Source: a virus
Taxonomy: Duplodnaviria; Caudoviricetes
DNA length: 26,989 nt
Virus record (IMG/VR): IMGVR_UViG_3300016472_000366
Span: 1 to 26,989 of that record
Strand: one strand, 5' to 3'
The position numbers were made by a program, and so were the translations under genes. This document shows, one piece after another, positions 1-8,892 of this stretch; position 1 is the stretch's first letter, and every line of letters starts with the position of its first letter. The notes beneath the pieces were generated by a model. It was not told where the DNA came from. It made no database searches and was given only the letters and a program-made list of their open reading frames with translations.

Positions 1-320
1 GGAGGCGGTGGAGGTGGAGGTGGTGGACGCACCGTTTCAGGCATCCGCAAGACTTGGGGCCGATCTGAAAGGCCCCTTGGTACAGGTTTATCAAAATCGA
101 GAACACGCGTGGAGTTGGGATTGTTTGGCAACAAACGCACGCCAGGGTTGACGGTCAACGCGTCTTGATTCGCTAAACGCAGTTGGCGAATGACTTCGCT
201 TTGATAGTCGTCGGGCACAACAACGCGGGGCAATTCATCAACAATTGGCGGCAATTCTTTTTCGCTTGGCGAATTACCCGTTCTTAAAAACCCAACCAAC
301 GGATTTACGGACGTGCTCAT
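1..320 (-). CDS. Partial hypothetical proline-rich virion/tail-module protein (MSTSVNPLVGFL...VRPPPPPPPP), runs off the left edge
   Basis: ATG at 320 overlaps the TAA stop of the upstream gene (TAATG coupling); I translated the frame open to position 1; not in the ORF track. Confidence 0.7.
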   Translation of the reverse strand, partial: MSTSVNPLVGFLRTGNSPSEKELPPIVDELPRVVVPDDYQSEVIRQLRLANQDALTVNPGVRLLPNNPNSTRVLDFDKPVPRGLSDRPQVLRMPETVRPPPPPPPP

Positions 321-1936
321 TACATCACTCCACCCGTTTCACACAACAGATGCGATGACAAAAAAGTTAACCCTGGAATACCCGTCAATTTAATACGCAG
401 CGAACCATAATACCCCAGCCCGTTTACACCGTGCCATGATTCAAAATTGTTTTCAGACACCCAAACAGCAACATTCCAAATACCTGAGTTCCACAAAACC
501 ACATTTGTTGTGTTGAACGATGGCGCACCCGAGGTGTCCTGCGTAAAATATTGGATGTTGACATTTGTGTTGACGCTTGGCGCAGCAGACGCAAAAAAGA
601 TATTGCGTGCCAAACAAAACTTTTTCAATTGCGCAGGCGTATTAAAAGCATTGTAAGCACATTGAATTTCACCAACGGGAAACGTACCGCCACTGCCGTC
701 TTGTGCCACTCCATCGCGTTGCCCATACAAGCCGCGGCACACCGTGCCGTCCGACTTCCCAAAATACAGTTCGCCACCAATTGCTGCAGCGCTGCGAATT
801 GGAAAATTTGCAAATTGACACCACGCACCGGTGGAAATGTTCATCGCAAATTGACGATAATAGCCGTTGTCAACCGGCAAGGAAATTACCAAAACTTCTG
901 AATTTGGCACAACAAAAACATTAAAAAACTTTTCGTTTTTCAATCGCCGTACAAATGGGGCAAAAACAGATTGTATTTTTATAGCAGGCCCAGCGTTTTG
1001 ATTGTCGACACTGTACGATCCGTTAATCAAGCGCGACATGGGCACAAGGCCAAGCTCGCTGACAATCATGACGTCGCCGCCCAGCTGCGTAAAATAGCTA
1101 CCATGCTTAGGTACTGGCCCGACGTACCAACAACCTTTCAACGCAAATAATGAGGCATTGCTCGGGTCACTGCCTTCCCACACCGCAACATCGCCTTCAC
1201 TGCCAATAGCCACCAAATAGTCGTCAATGCCAATTCCAGCATCCAGCGTCCAGTTGACAAGCGCCGATACATAGCCGCCGTTACGCAACATGGCGCCCAT
1301 CGGAAATGCCGTACATGTGTTTGTGATCACGTCAACACTGTTAAGATAATAAACACGCGCATCATCTGCTGTGAACCACACGCGCCTTTTCCACACCGCC
1401 ACAGTGCGCACGGTGTTTGGCAAATTGGTAGTTGACGCAGTTCGATCTAACCACCCCGTTGCCGTTGAATAAGTCCAGTATCCTGCGCCTGGCGAAACCG
1501 CCAGCAAAAACGTATCTGCAACCGTTGAAAATTGCGTCGTCCACCAATCGTTCGCGTTGCTGCCTGTGCCGCTCACGACAAGCACAGGCGTTCCACCGGC
1601 CGTAATGTCGTAAATGTTGCCAGCCGTCGCCATAAAAATTTTATTGTTTGCTGAGTTTGGCGCTCGGTATTGAAACACCGACTCTGCCGATTGCGGGTTT
1701 CCGCCAATGTTGATTGCGTCCGAAAACTCCTGCCAGCCCTTACGCAACTCGACGCCTTGTTGCTTTGGAATCATGTTGTTCAACACCACCGCATCAGTCG
1801 GTTGCATTGCAACAATGGGATCGCGATAGTTTAAGCCGCCCGTTGGCGCAGGGACAATGAACGACTGCGCAACCTGCGCAGCAGCTGCCCTTCGAGGTGT
1901 TCTAAAGGTCGCAAGTGGCACCAGCGGCACGATCAA
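320..1936 (-). CDS. Podovirus tail nozzle / packaged-DNA stabilisation protein (P22 gp10 / tail tubular B-like)
   Basis: 538 aa, beta-rich; N-terminal PAPTGGLN...NM.P...GVELRKG motif typical of this family; follows the adaptor gene with TTGA coupling. Confidence 0.7.
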   Translation of the reverse strand: MIVPLVPLATFRTPRRAAAAQVAQSFIVPAPTGGLNYRDPIVAMQPTDAVVLNNMIPKQQGVELRKGWQEFSDAINIGGNPQSAESVFQYRAPNSANNKIFMATAGNIYDITAGGTPVLVVSGTGSNANDWWTTQFSTVADTFLLAVSPGAGYWTYSTATGWLDRTASTTNLPNTVRTVAVWKRRVWFTADDARVYYLNSVDVITNTCTAFPMGAMLRNGGYVSALVNWTLDAGIGIDDYLVAIGSEGDVAVWEGSDPSNASLFALKGCWYVGPVPKHGSYFTQLGGDVMIVSELGLVPMSRLINGSYSVDNQNAGPAIKIQSVFAPFVRRLKNEKFFNVFVVPNSEVLVISLPVDNGYYRQFAMNISTGAWCQFANFPIRSAAAIGGELYFGKSDGTVCRGLYGQRDGVAQDGSGGTFPVGEIQCAYNAFNTPAQLKKFCLARNIFFASAAPSVNTNVNIQYFTQDTSGAPSFNTTNVVLWNSGIWNVAVWVSENNFESWHGVNGLGYYGSLRIKLTGIPGLTFLSSHLLCETGGVM

Positions 1937-2682
1937 ACCCCATACCCAGTGTCAGGCGTGTTAATTAGCGGTTGAAGGTACGGAAAACGAAAGTCGCGCG
2001 CCATCGACAGCACAGGTGCGCCTTTTTCTGCGTTTTTGCGGTTTTCAAACGCAATTTGAAAATCACGCATCGCTGCAGCACTGTCAAGACCTTTCATTTC
2101 GAGCCATTTGGTGCGCGTGTATAAGGTAATCAGTGTGGCATCCAACAACGCCACGTCGCCATTTTTAGTCAAACGGTTTTTAGTAGTTGTCGCATCGTCT
2201 TGGTCTTGCACCCACGCCTGCGACAGATAGTAAAAATTCATGATTTGCGGAGCGTTAGGCGGCGCCAACACATAAATTTTATTGTCACGCACTTGCCAAT
2301 AAAACGACAAAGTTGGCAACGTGGTGCGAATCAGCAGCTGCTGCCACATCTGCGGAGACACAGGCCCTAAGCTAGGAAATTGCGTGGTTGCGTTCCAGTT
2401 GGTTTGATCAATCCAATCAAAAAAATCAGTTGGCAAACTAAACGACTTTTCTTTTTGCCCGACATTATCTGCTTGAATTGACAACGTATGGTTTTTAACC
2501 AATTCCTGCCAATCGTACATCGTCAAAAGTTCAATGCCTGCCATGTTGGCCGATTGCACCATTTGCGCCACGGCCGGGTCGGTGCTGCCCGCGGGGTCGG
2601 CAGGCACCGGAAACCCAACCATTGCGGCAACATTTTGAACAATTGCCAACAGCGTTGATTCGTTAACGACTACGAACGGCAT
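1933..2682 (-). CDS. Head-tail adaptor (tail tubular protein A-like)
   Basis: 249 aa; helical N-terminus, DWQEL and LPTDF motifs; position between head genes and nozzle. Confidence 0.65.
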   Translation of the reverse strand: MPFVVVNESTLLAIVQNVAAMVGFPVPADPAGSTDPAVAQMVQSANMAGIELLTMYDWQELVKNHTLSIQADNVGQKEKSFSLPTDFFDWIDQTNWNATTQFPSLGPVSPQMWQQLLIRTTLPTLSFYWQVRDNKIYVLAPPNAPQIMNFYYLSQAWVQDQDDATTTKNRLTKNGDVALLDATLITLYTRTKWLEMKGLDSAAAMRDFQIAFENRKNAEKGAPVLSMARDFRFPYLQPLINTPDTGYGV

Positions 2683-2690
2683 GTTTTTGC

Positions 2691-3293
2691 CTAGGTTTCA
2701 ACTGCTTCGGCAGCCGGCTTGGTCTTGCTGCGCACTTGCAAAGCCTCAACAATGGTTTTTAGGTTTTCGATTTCGGCATCGCGCTTTTGCAGCTCAGCGT
2801 GCATCGCCTCAATTGGAGCGTTGTTGGCCGCCACTTGCAAAAAAGCTTTCGCGCGCGCCTTGTCCGCCTGGAAGCTCATAAACTTTTGCCCCAGGTTGTC
2901 GTTTGCCTCGGCAAGCTGCTCAACGGTAACAATCTTAAAAAATTTGTATTCTTCAATTTTGACGGGCGTCATGGCCGGCAACGACGACAGTGGCGTGCCG
3001 GTCACCGCCTCGGTTTGACCCGCTTTCCAAGCCTCGTACCGCGACTTGAAACGCATCAAATTAATCGCGTGCAATGGTTCAACGCACACCGTTGTTTTGT
3101 CGCCCGGCACAAAGATGCGCACAAAATCACGCTCTTCATACACTGCGCGCCCAGCCTCTTTGCTTTTAAGAGTGTTAAGAATTGGCTGACGAAAAAATTC
3201 AATGTAAAGCCGATGATCCATTGCAAAACGCGACTCATCCGGCGTGCTTAGTATGTGCGGCTCGTCAAAAACCGTTGGGGTCGTGGTGTCCAT
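2691..3293 (-). CDS. Conserved hypothetical phage protein (MDTTTPTVFDEP...GTPL...IVTVEQLA) with C-terminal coiled coil
   Basis: Start reassigned to ATG 3293 behind RBS AAAGGA; the longer track ORF overlaps the upstream gene and a hairpin. Confidence 0.7.
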   Translation of the reverse strand: MDTTTPTVFDEPHILSTPDESRFAMDHRLYIEFFRQPILNTLKSKEAGRAVYEERDFVRIFVPGDKTTVCVEPLHAINLMRFKSRYEAWKAGQTEAVTGTPLSSLPAMTPVKIEEYKFFKIVTVEQLAEANDNLGQKFMSFQADKARAKAFLQVAANNAPIEAMHAELQKRDAEIENLKTIVEALQVRSKTKPAAEAVET

Positions 3294-3311
3294 GCGTTTC
3301 CTTTTTTTGCC

Positions 3312-3336
3312 AAACAGACCGGGGCTTGCGCCCCGG
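3312..3336 (-). terminator. GCAA-loop hairpin, possible weak terminator after the decoration gene
   Basis: CCGGGGC-GCAA-GCCCCGG followed by TCTGTTT on the minus strand. Confidence 0.45.
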
Positions 3337-3345
3337 CATTTCAAA

Positions 3346-3852
3346 TTAAAGCGTTGCGCCGACCGTCGGGTACGAAAAGATCGCATCCGCGTTCGTGGCT
3401 GCAGAGCTGCCGGTGGCGGTGCCAAGCACCAATCCCTCGATGACTTCAGCACCTGCCGTACCGTCATCATCGACAGCACCAGCGGTACCAGTGCTGTTCA
3501 GACGCGTGCCTTTGGCTGCAGAGGCCAGCGTGCGGAGCGACCCTTTGCCGTAGATCTGAAACCAGCCGTACTCGTTGTCCGCCAGCGCAGCCTGAGCCGC
3601 ACCGCACCGCGAGCCGTGCCCTTGGCTGCCTGCTGCCGTGTTGGTGGTGCTAGCCATTGCAAAATCAAAGCCAGTGGCCTCCACGCACAAATATCCCGCA
3701 GCCGTGATTGCTCCGTCGGCGCGGCCGTACACAAATTCCTGGTAGCCATTGCTAGGATCGTCGTAACCACCGATGGTGCCGAGCCGAAACTGAGCCGTCG
3801 CGGTTGATGCGGTGACATCAGCTTTGGCGATGCCAATTGTTGCTTGAGCCAT
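3346..3852 (-). CDS. Probable capsid decoration/cement protein
   Basis: Ala/Gly/Thr-rich, about 168 aa, EFVY and YGWFQI.G motifs; directly after major capsid; RBS GGAGG before ATG 3852. Confidence 0.6.
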   Translation of the reverse strand: MAQATIGIAKADVTASTATAQFRLGTIGGYDDPSNGYQEFVYGRADGAITAAGYLCVEATGFDFAMASTTNTAAGSQGHGSRCGAAQAALADNEYGWFQIYGKGSLRTLASAAKGTRLNSTGTAGAVDDDGTAGAEVIEGLVLGTATGSSAATNADAIFSYPTVGATL

Positions 3853-3875
3853 ATACAAACCTCCAAAATTGAATC

Positions 3876-3926
3876 AAAAAACCTGAGCAGCTTGCGCCGC
3901 CCAGGAAAAAAGGCCCACGACAGGCC
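3876..3926 (-). terminator. Two tandem intrinsic terminators after the major capsid gene
   Basis: GGCCT-GTCGT-GGGCC-TTTTTT (3926-3906) and CCTGGGCGGC-GCAA-GCTGCTCAGG-TTTTTT (3905-3876). Confidence 0.7.
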
Positions 3927-3934
3927 ACGCACAA

Positions 3935-4912
3935 TCAAGGGATAATGCGACCTTGGAATTGAGCGCCACAGCTGGTGAGGTTGCCGGCCCAAGCAAGGAT
4001 TTGAACTTCTGCATCCTGATTGATTGCATACCGTCGGTTGGGCGACAGTGCCACCATGTTGCGCTGCGCGTGCGGCCGCCATTTCAAATACTTGGTGTTC
4101 AACATAAAACCTGTTGACGCTGGGCAATATCCGCCAATGCCTCCGTCCAACACCACGTCAGCATCCATAAATTTAATGCTTGGAAAACCAAGGTTGGCCG
4201 TGTCGGGGCTTGTAAAGCGCTGAATGGCTTGCAACGACGACATATAAATACCCCAATACACTGCATCCAAGACAATCAAATCTGGTCGATCTGCGCCTCG
4301 CGTGCACGAACCCCACAAGGTGTTGAGCCCTGTTTGCATTTGTGCTCCAGTTGGCGTCGACGATACACCGTTCACACTAAAATCGTAAAGCTGCGAACGC
4401 CAAAACGTCCAAGTCACGCGATCAATGCCTCCGTATGTTCCCGTTGTATTGGCTGAAGGAACGGCTGCGTCCAAGCCTGTAATTTCTTTGCCGCCGCTAC
4501 CTGTGCCGTTGGAATAAATGGATTGCGCAAGCTTGTTTGCCATCGTAGCTTCGGCAACATTAAGGCGCGACTCCATCAAGTCAATTAACGCCTCCTTGCC
4601 AGAGTTTTGCAGCATTTCCAGGCCGCTCATAACGACCGGAACTGCAAACTGCTTAATTTGAAATTCAGCCGCGCTAATGACGTCTTGCGCAGCTACAGGC
4701 AACAAGTCATAGCCACTGTAAAAGCCGCCATTTGCGTTTTCTGCAAACGAAAGCTCTTCCAAGATGGTGTTGCCGCCGGAGATGGTTCTAATGTTGCCAC
4801 GCTGATTAAGACGCGACAAAAGCGCATTGTTTTTTGTCACGTTGTCCGCAATGGCCCGCGAACGGTTTTGAATCGTCGTGGCGACGATGTCCGATACATT
4901 TGGAAATGCCAT
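3935..4912 (-). CDS. Major capsid protein (HK97 fold)
   Basis: 325 aa, N-terminus SDIVATTIQNRSRAIADNVTKNNALL typical of a widespread podophage capsid family; follows scaffold; RBS GGAG; followed by terminators. Confidence 0.85.
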   Translation of the reverse strand: MAFPNVSDIVATTIQNRSRAIADNVTKNNALLSRLNQRGNIRTISGGNTILEELSFAENANGGFYSGYDLLPVAAQDVISAAEFQIKQFAVPVVMSGLEMLQNSGKEALIDLMESRLNVAEATMANKLAQSIYSNGTGSGGKEITGLDAAVPSANTTGTYGGIDRVTWTFWRSQLYDFSVNGVSSTPTGAQMQTGLNTLWGSCTRGADRPDLIVLDAVYWGIYMSSLQAIQRFTSPDTANLGFPSIKFMDADVVLDGGIGGYCPASTGFMLNTKYLKWRPHAQRNMVALSPNRRYAINQDAEVQILAWAGNLTSCGAQFQGRIIP

Positions 4913-5109
4913 GATAAAAACTCCATCTGAATTGGTAATGGCCTTGCGGCCGCCTTGTCAGATGCGCCAACGCAACGGTTCTCAGTCCGCAGGTCGCAGG
5001 TGGGACACAGAGTGTCTCCTGGGAGTTTCGGTGGCTGGAGTGCTTGGGCACACCGCGAGGGTTAGACCCTCATTGATGCCAAGTATACATCATCTTGAGT
5101 TCATCGCAA
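4913..5109 (-). promoter_or_regulatory. Putative sigma70 promoter (TTGCGA-16-TATACT) and structured 5' leader of the capsid gene
   Basis: -35 at 5109-5104, -10 at 5087-5082; several hairpins in the leader; operator-like palindrome 5093-5111 overlaps the -35. Confidence 0.5.
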
Positions 5110-6190
5110 TGGCTGCTTCGATGGCTGAACGCACGTCGTTCGATTCTTGACGCATGTCCTGCATTGGCGGCGCCCCAGACACCTGCACCGCGGTGGAGCG
5201 CGCGCGCTGCGCCGCCGTCGTGCTTGTTTGCGCGTGTTGCGCCTTAAAGCGCTGGCCAAGCACGGCCCGGACACGATCGTTGGCCAGGCACGCTTTTTTG
5301 TACGCATCGGCCAAGGTCAAAGTTTGGCCGCGGCGCTGGGCGACCTCAAGCAAGTCGGCCATTTCTTCGCGAACGTCTTGCCCAAACTCTGCACGCTCAA
5401 GAAACTGCGCAACCGTGTTTTGCGCCTCCTCGCTGACCCGCTGCTGCTGCGCCAGCTGCGCCTGCTGAAACTGGTTGAGCATGTTCTGCACAGGCGCCAG
5501 GCGTTGATCTAAAGCATGGTGCAGCGCAGCTTGCTGCGGATCAACTGGCAGCGCTTGGCCGGCTAGCGCAGCGTCAAGCTGCTCTATAAACGTGTTGCCA
5601 AACCGACCAACCCCAAACTGCCGAACAATGCCGGCAACCATTTGCGCAAGTTCGGGCGCGGTGCCGGTGCGCAAGCGCGCTGCAGTGCTCATGAGGTTGT
5701 CAATGGCCTGCAGCGGGTTGCTGTTCTCCGCCTTGATGAACGCCTCGTAGGGCTGAATCGTTCGCATCACCGCGTCGTAAGCCTTGCGGGCCTCGGCCGA
5801 CTCCTGCAGGGTGCGCTGCACCTCGACCTCGCGCCGGTGGACCTCTGCCCGTACTGGCTCGGGCAGCTGCGCCCAGTGCTCTCGGACGTCAGGGCGCCAG
5901 CTTGCCGGCGCGCGCTCGCCTTGGGGCTTGGGCCCCGGCTTAGGACCTGGCTGGATGCCCTCGGCTTTAGGCTTGAACTTGCCTTGCTCGTCACGCTCGC
6001 GCGGAGGCTTGTCGGGCTGTTGACCTTCTGCTAGCGCGTCAAGGTTAACGCCGCCCGCTTCTGGCGCAGGAAGGTTCAGGTCTGGCTGTGTCGGCTCAGC
6101 GCTTGGCGCAGGCGAGCTTTCGACTGCAGAGTCTGACGCAACAACCGCAGCTTCAAGAGTGTCGCGCAAGGAGGTTGTGGGCTGGTCCAT
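5090..6190 (-). CDS. Capsid scaffolding protein
   Basis: 366 aa; RDEQGKF and APASW...W..LP motifs; Q/A-rich coiled coil; immediately upstream of capsid. Confidence 0.7.
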   Translation of the reverse strand: MDQPTTSLRDTLEAAVVASDSAVESSPAPSAEPTQPDLNLPAPEAGGVNLDALAEGQQPDKPPRERDEQGKFKPKAEGIQPGPKPGPKPQGERAPASWRPDVREHWAQLPEPVRAEVHRREVEVQRTLQESAEARKAYDAVMRTIQPYEAFIKAENSNPLQAIDNLMSTAARLRTGTAPELAQMVAGIVRQFGVGRFGNTFIEQLDAALAGQALPVDPQQAALHHALDQRLAPVQNMLNQFQQAQLAQQQRVSEEAQNTVAQFLERAEFGQDVREEMADLLEVAQRRGQTLTLADAYKKACLANDRVRAVLGQRFKAQHAQTSTTAAQRARSTAVQVSGAPPMQDMRQESNDVRSAIEAAIAMNSR

Positions 6191-6195
6191 GTGTA

Positions 6196-6522
6196 TTACC
6201 TGTGCTGAAGTTCGTAAATTGCACGATCTACGTCGCGTCGTGTAAAGGTGCCACCGTGCTGGCGGTAAAGCTCGCGCTGCGCCTTGGCCTTTGACCAGGT
6301 CTCCTTGTAGTCATCCATCGTGGTCAGGTTGTTGGCCCTCATGTACTCGCGGTGCTTGGACCTGGTGCTAATGTCCGTGCCGTCGGTGGCGCGCATCCCG
6401 TCGTAGGAAGAATCGCCCCACAGGGCGCCGGAATCGGTCGGCAGCGCCGGTTGGAAGTGCTCTGAGACCTCGATCAAGTCGTAAGGTGGCTCTCTGCGTT
6501 GAATGTAGCGGCGGCAGCTCAC
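6196..6522 (-). CDS. Conserved hypothetical head-module protein
   Basis: 108 aa; DG..ISTRSKHREYM..NNL motif recalled from small proteins preceding scaffold genes in such phages. Confidence 0.65.
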   Translation of the reverse strand: MSCRRYIQRREPPYDLIEVSEHFQPALPTDSGALWGDSSYDGMRATDGTDISTRSKHREYMRANNLTTMDDYKETWSKAKAQRELYRQHGGTFTRRDVDRAIYELQHR

Positions 6523-6540
6523 GGTGTGATAAACTCATCA
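6522..6540. promoter_or_regulatory. Operator-like palindrome overlapping an extended -10 (TGaTAAACT) for the plus-strand ORF at 6556
   Basis: CGGTGTG-ATAAA-CTCATCA; TG at 6527-6528, TAAACT at 6530-6535. Confidence 0.5.
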
Positions 6541-6555
6541 TGAAAGGAGAAAACT

Positions 6556-6750
6556 ATGCCCGCAAAAAAGATTGGTAATTGCACCTGGTACACCTACCTT
6601 ACGCCAGGCGAAGAGCGCCTTTTTTGGCACGAACAGCGCAACTCGCCCGGCGTAGCTATCACTGCTCGCGATCGCCTTGCTGTTCAGCAAGGTAAGAAAG
6701 TGACGGTACAAGAGCGATTGCAGGCAGCCCCACGCCGCCGGTCTTCTTGA
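6556..6750 (+). CDS. Small hypothetical protein (64 aa) convergent with and overlapping the 3' end of the 735-aa gene
   Basis: Strong RBS AAAGGAGA before ATG, upstream extended -10 and operator; the only plus-strand ORF with such signals that I found in the late region. Confidence 0.5.
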   Translation: MPAKKIGNCTWYTYLTPGEERLFWHEQRNSPGVAITARDRLAVQQGKKVTVQERLQAAPRRRSS

Positions 6751-8866
6751 CGTAGTCGATAACGCCCTGCAGGCCTTGTTTGGAAAGCATGTCGCGCAGC
6801 TTCATCAGGTCTTCGCGCACAGGCATTCCTGTTTTTTTGCTTAAAGCCGCATCGATCTCGTTCATCACGCCGGCGGCTTTTGGCAAACGCCCGGCGTCAA
6901 TGCGCTTGGCAGCGTCTTGCACGTAATACTTGGGGTCGTTCGTCAGGGTCTCGAGCACTTGGCGCGTAGTCTGTCCGGTGCCTTGCTCTTTCGTCCAGGG
7001 GGTAAACTCCAAGCCTGTTTCCCAGCGCCCTGGTACCGCATTTCCTGAAAGCTGCGTAGCAGCTGACTTAGCCAGTTTTTGAATGTCAGCAGCCGCCATC
7101 ACCGGCTTGTTATCGTCGCCAGGAAATTTGCCAACGTGCAAAGCGTCGCCTACTTGGACGACATCTAACCCCTTGGCTTCAAACGCTTGTCGCGCCACCT
7201 CAAGGTCGTTTCCTGTATAGCGCACGCCAGTTTTTTCGCTTGCCTTCATGGCTTGGTTAGCGGGCGTGAACTTGTTTCTGCCGGTAGCTTCCTGAGCAGT
7301 CAACAAGCCGCGCAACTGCCCTGCAACGCGCATCGCGTTTTCGTCCTCCGGTAGCATTTCAGGACCGCCGCGGCGGGGCTTGCCTTTTGCTGTCGTGCCA
7401 AGTTCAGAGGAGCGCACCGACACAAGTGGGCGTGACGTAAAACCAGGGTTGCGCTCCACGACGCCGGCGCTGTTTACGTAAACGCCCTCGGTGGGTAATG
7501 CATTACGCTGAAACATTTGAAATGAATCGTAAATTGGGTCGCGCATAGCGCCGCTTGGCGTGCGCAAATACGCTTCGCCCATGTCGTCCGTGTACGCGCG
7601 CCGGGTGGCGTCGTCGGCTCGATTGAGCCCAGCCAAATGCCCGGTATTTTCACCGGTGACAAACTCAAACGTGTCGTTAGCCGTGTAGCGCGGCACTGCA
7701 CTGTCGATTCCGTAACTTGCTCGGGCAAGCAGCTGTTCTTGCGTAGGCGCTGGCGGCGGCTTTTTGCCTTCGCGCAGCGCTTTGCGCACCGCTTGGTCAT
7801 ACTCTTTCTGATACGACGTCAAGCGCTGCGCCCCCCAAGTCGAGGCCTGAGCCGACCTGGGGTTCCATTGATATCCTTCGGGCAGCACATTGGCGCCAAA
7901 ACCTCGACGTTGCGCGTCATTGGCCAACACTAGGTTTTCGCCCGTCAAAAAGCCGTGCTCTTGCGGCGTAAACCCGCGGCTGAAGTTGTCTCCGTACCCC
8001 ATGACGCGGCCGTGCCAAATGTCGTTGGCGGTCTTGTACAAAGACTCTGGCGCAATCGTAGGGTCTTTGGCATCAGCGTATGGGCCGGTCTTTTTTCCAA
8101 GACGAATCCTTGCCGGGTCGATGATGTAGCCACCCGCGGGGTTCGGCGCGTAGGCGTTGGCCACGTTGCGCGCCTGCGATCCAGTACGCGGCGCGACGTC
8201 CTCGCCGCGCAGCACCTTGGCATTGTGCTGACGCAGCATGGCGCCAACTTCCATTTCGGGCGTGGCTTGAGGGCTGTACGCCGCACCACTTCGAGCAAAC
8301 AAGCTCGCCATGCGCCCCTCGGGCGTTTGCGTGCCGTAGCCGTGAAAAGTAGGCGAATACCCAGACACGTCGCTTCCCGCATTTCTTGCGCGGTCATACC
8401 AGTTGGCATTGAACGCGCCCTCCTCAACCTTGCGCAACGCAGCCATGCGGTTGCGAGCGAGCTTTTGCGGGCTGTCTACGTCTGCAGGCGCACCAACGTA
8501 CTTGCCCTCTGGCGTGCGCTTCAGGTGTTCGCCACGCAGCGCCATGCGTAGCGCCTCGTCGTAATCAGTGACGTCATCAAACACCGTACCGACAGCCTTC
8601 TTCGCCTTGCGAGCCCGGTTAGCCCCTTGCGCCACGCCACCGATGAGTGGCAAAGCGCCAAGGCTTGACAAACCCATGCCAAGCCAGTCGTCCTCGCGTC
8701 GGGCGCGCTCAAAATCGCGGCCGGCCTGCGCAGTCCCAATGACAGGCAGGAACCCTGCACCAACGTCAATCGCCAAGTCAGCTAAATCAGAGTCCTTTGG
8801 CGTATCAAGCGAAACAAATTTGCGGGCTCGATTGCGTAAAGCTTCAATAATGTCTTGCGCTTCCAT
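6659..8866 (-). CDS. 735-aa putative virion-packaged multi-domain protein with pre-toxin TG-like N-terminus and a central HhH-glycosylase-like (DUF7178-like) domain
   Basis: D.GAGFLPVIG.AQ..RD...EDDW.G.GLS.LGALPLIGG..KAKK resembles PT-TG; WY...SPQ...KT...T.NDIW..R...QASTW motif series. Confidence 0.55.
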   Translation of the reverse strand: MEAQDIIEALRNRARKFVSLDTPKDSDLADLAIDVGAGFLPVIGTAQAGRDFERARREDDWLGMGLSSLGALPLIGGVAQGANRARKAKKAVGTVFDDVTDYDEALRMALRGEHLKRTPEGKYVGAPADVDSPQKLARNRMAALRKVEEGAFNANWYDRARNAGSDVSGYSPTFHGYGTQTPEGRMASLFARSGAAYSPQATPEMEVGAMLRQHNAKVLRGEDVAPRTGSQARNVANAYAPNPAGGYIIDPARIRLGKKTGPYADAKDPTIAPESLYKTANDIWHGRVMGYGDNFSRGFTPQEHGFLTGENLVLANDAQRRGFGANVLPEGYQWNPRSAQASTWGAQRLTSYQKEYDQAVRKALREGKKPPPAPTQEQLLARASYGIDSAVPRYTANDTFEFVTGENTGHLAGLNRADDATRRAYTDDMGEAYLRTPSGAMRDPIYDSFQMFQRNALPTEGVYVNSAGVVERNPGFTSRPLVSVRSSELGTTAKGKPRRGGPEMLPEDENAMRVAGQLRGLLTAQEATGRNKFTPANQAMKASEKTGVRYTGNDLEVARQAFEAKGLDVVQVGDALHVGKFPGDDNKPVMAAADIQKLAKSAATQLSGNAVPGRWETGLEFTPWTKEQGTGQTTRQVLETLTNDPKYYVQDAAKRIDAGRLPKAAGVMNEIDAALSKKTGMPVREDLMKLRDMLSKQGLQGVIDYVKKTGGVGLPAIALVPSLSYLAEQQGDREQ

Positions 8867-8892
8867 TGTTTACGCCACTTTTTTTACAAAAA

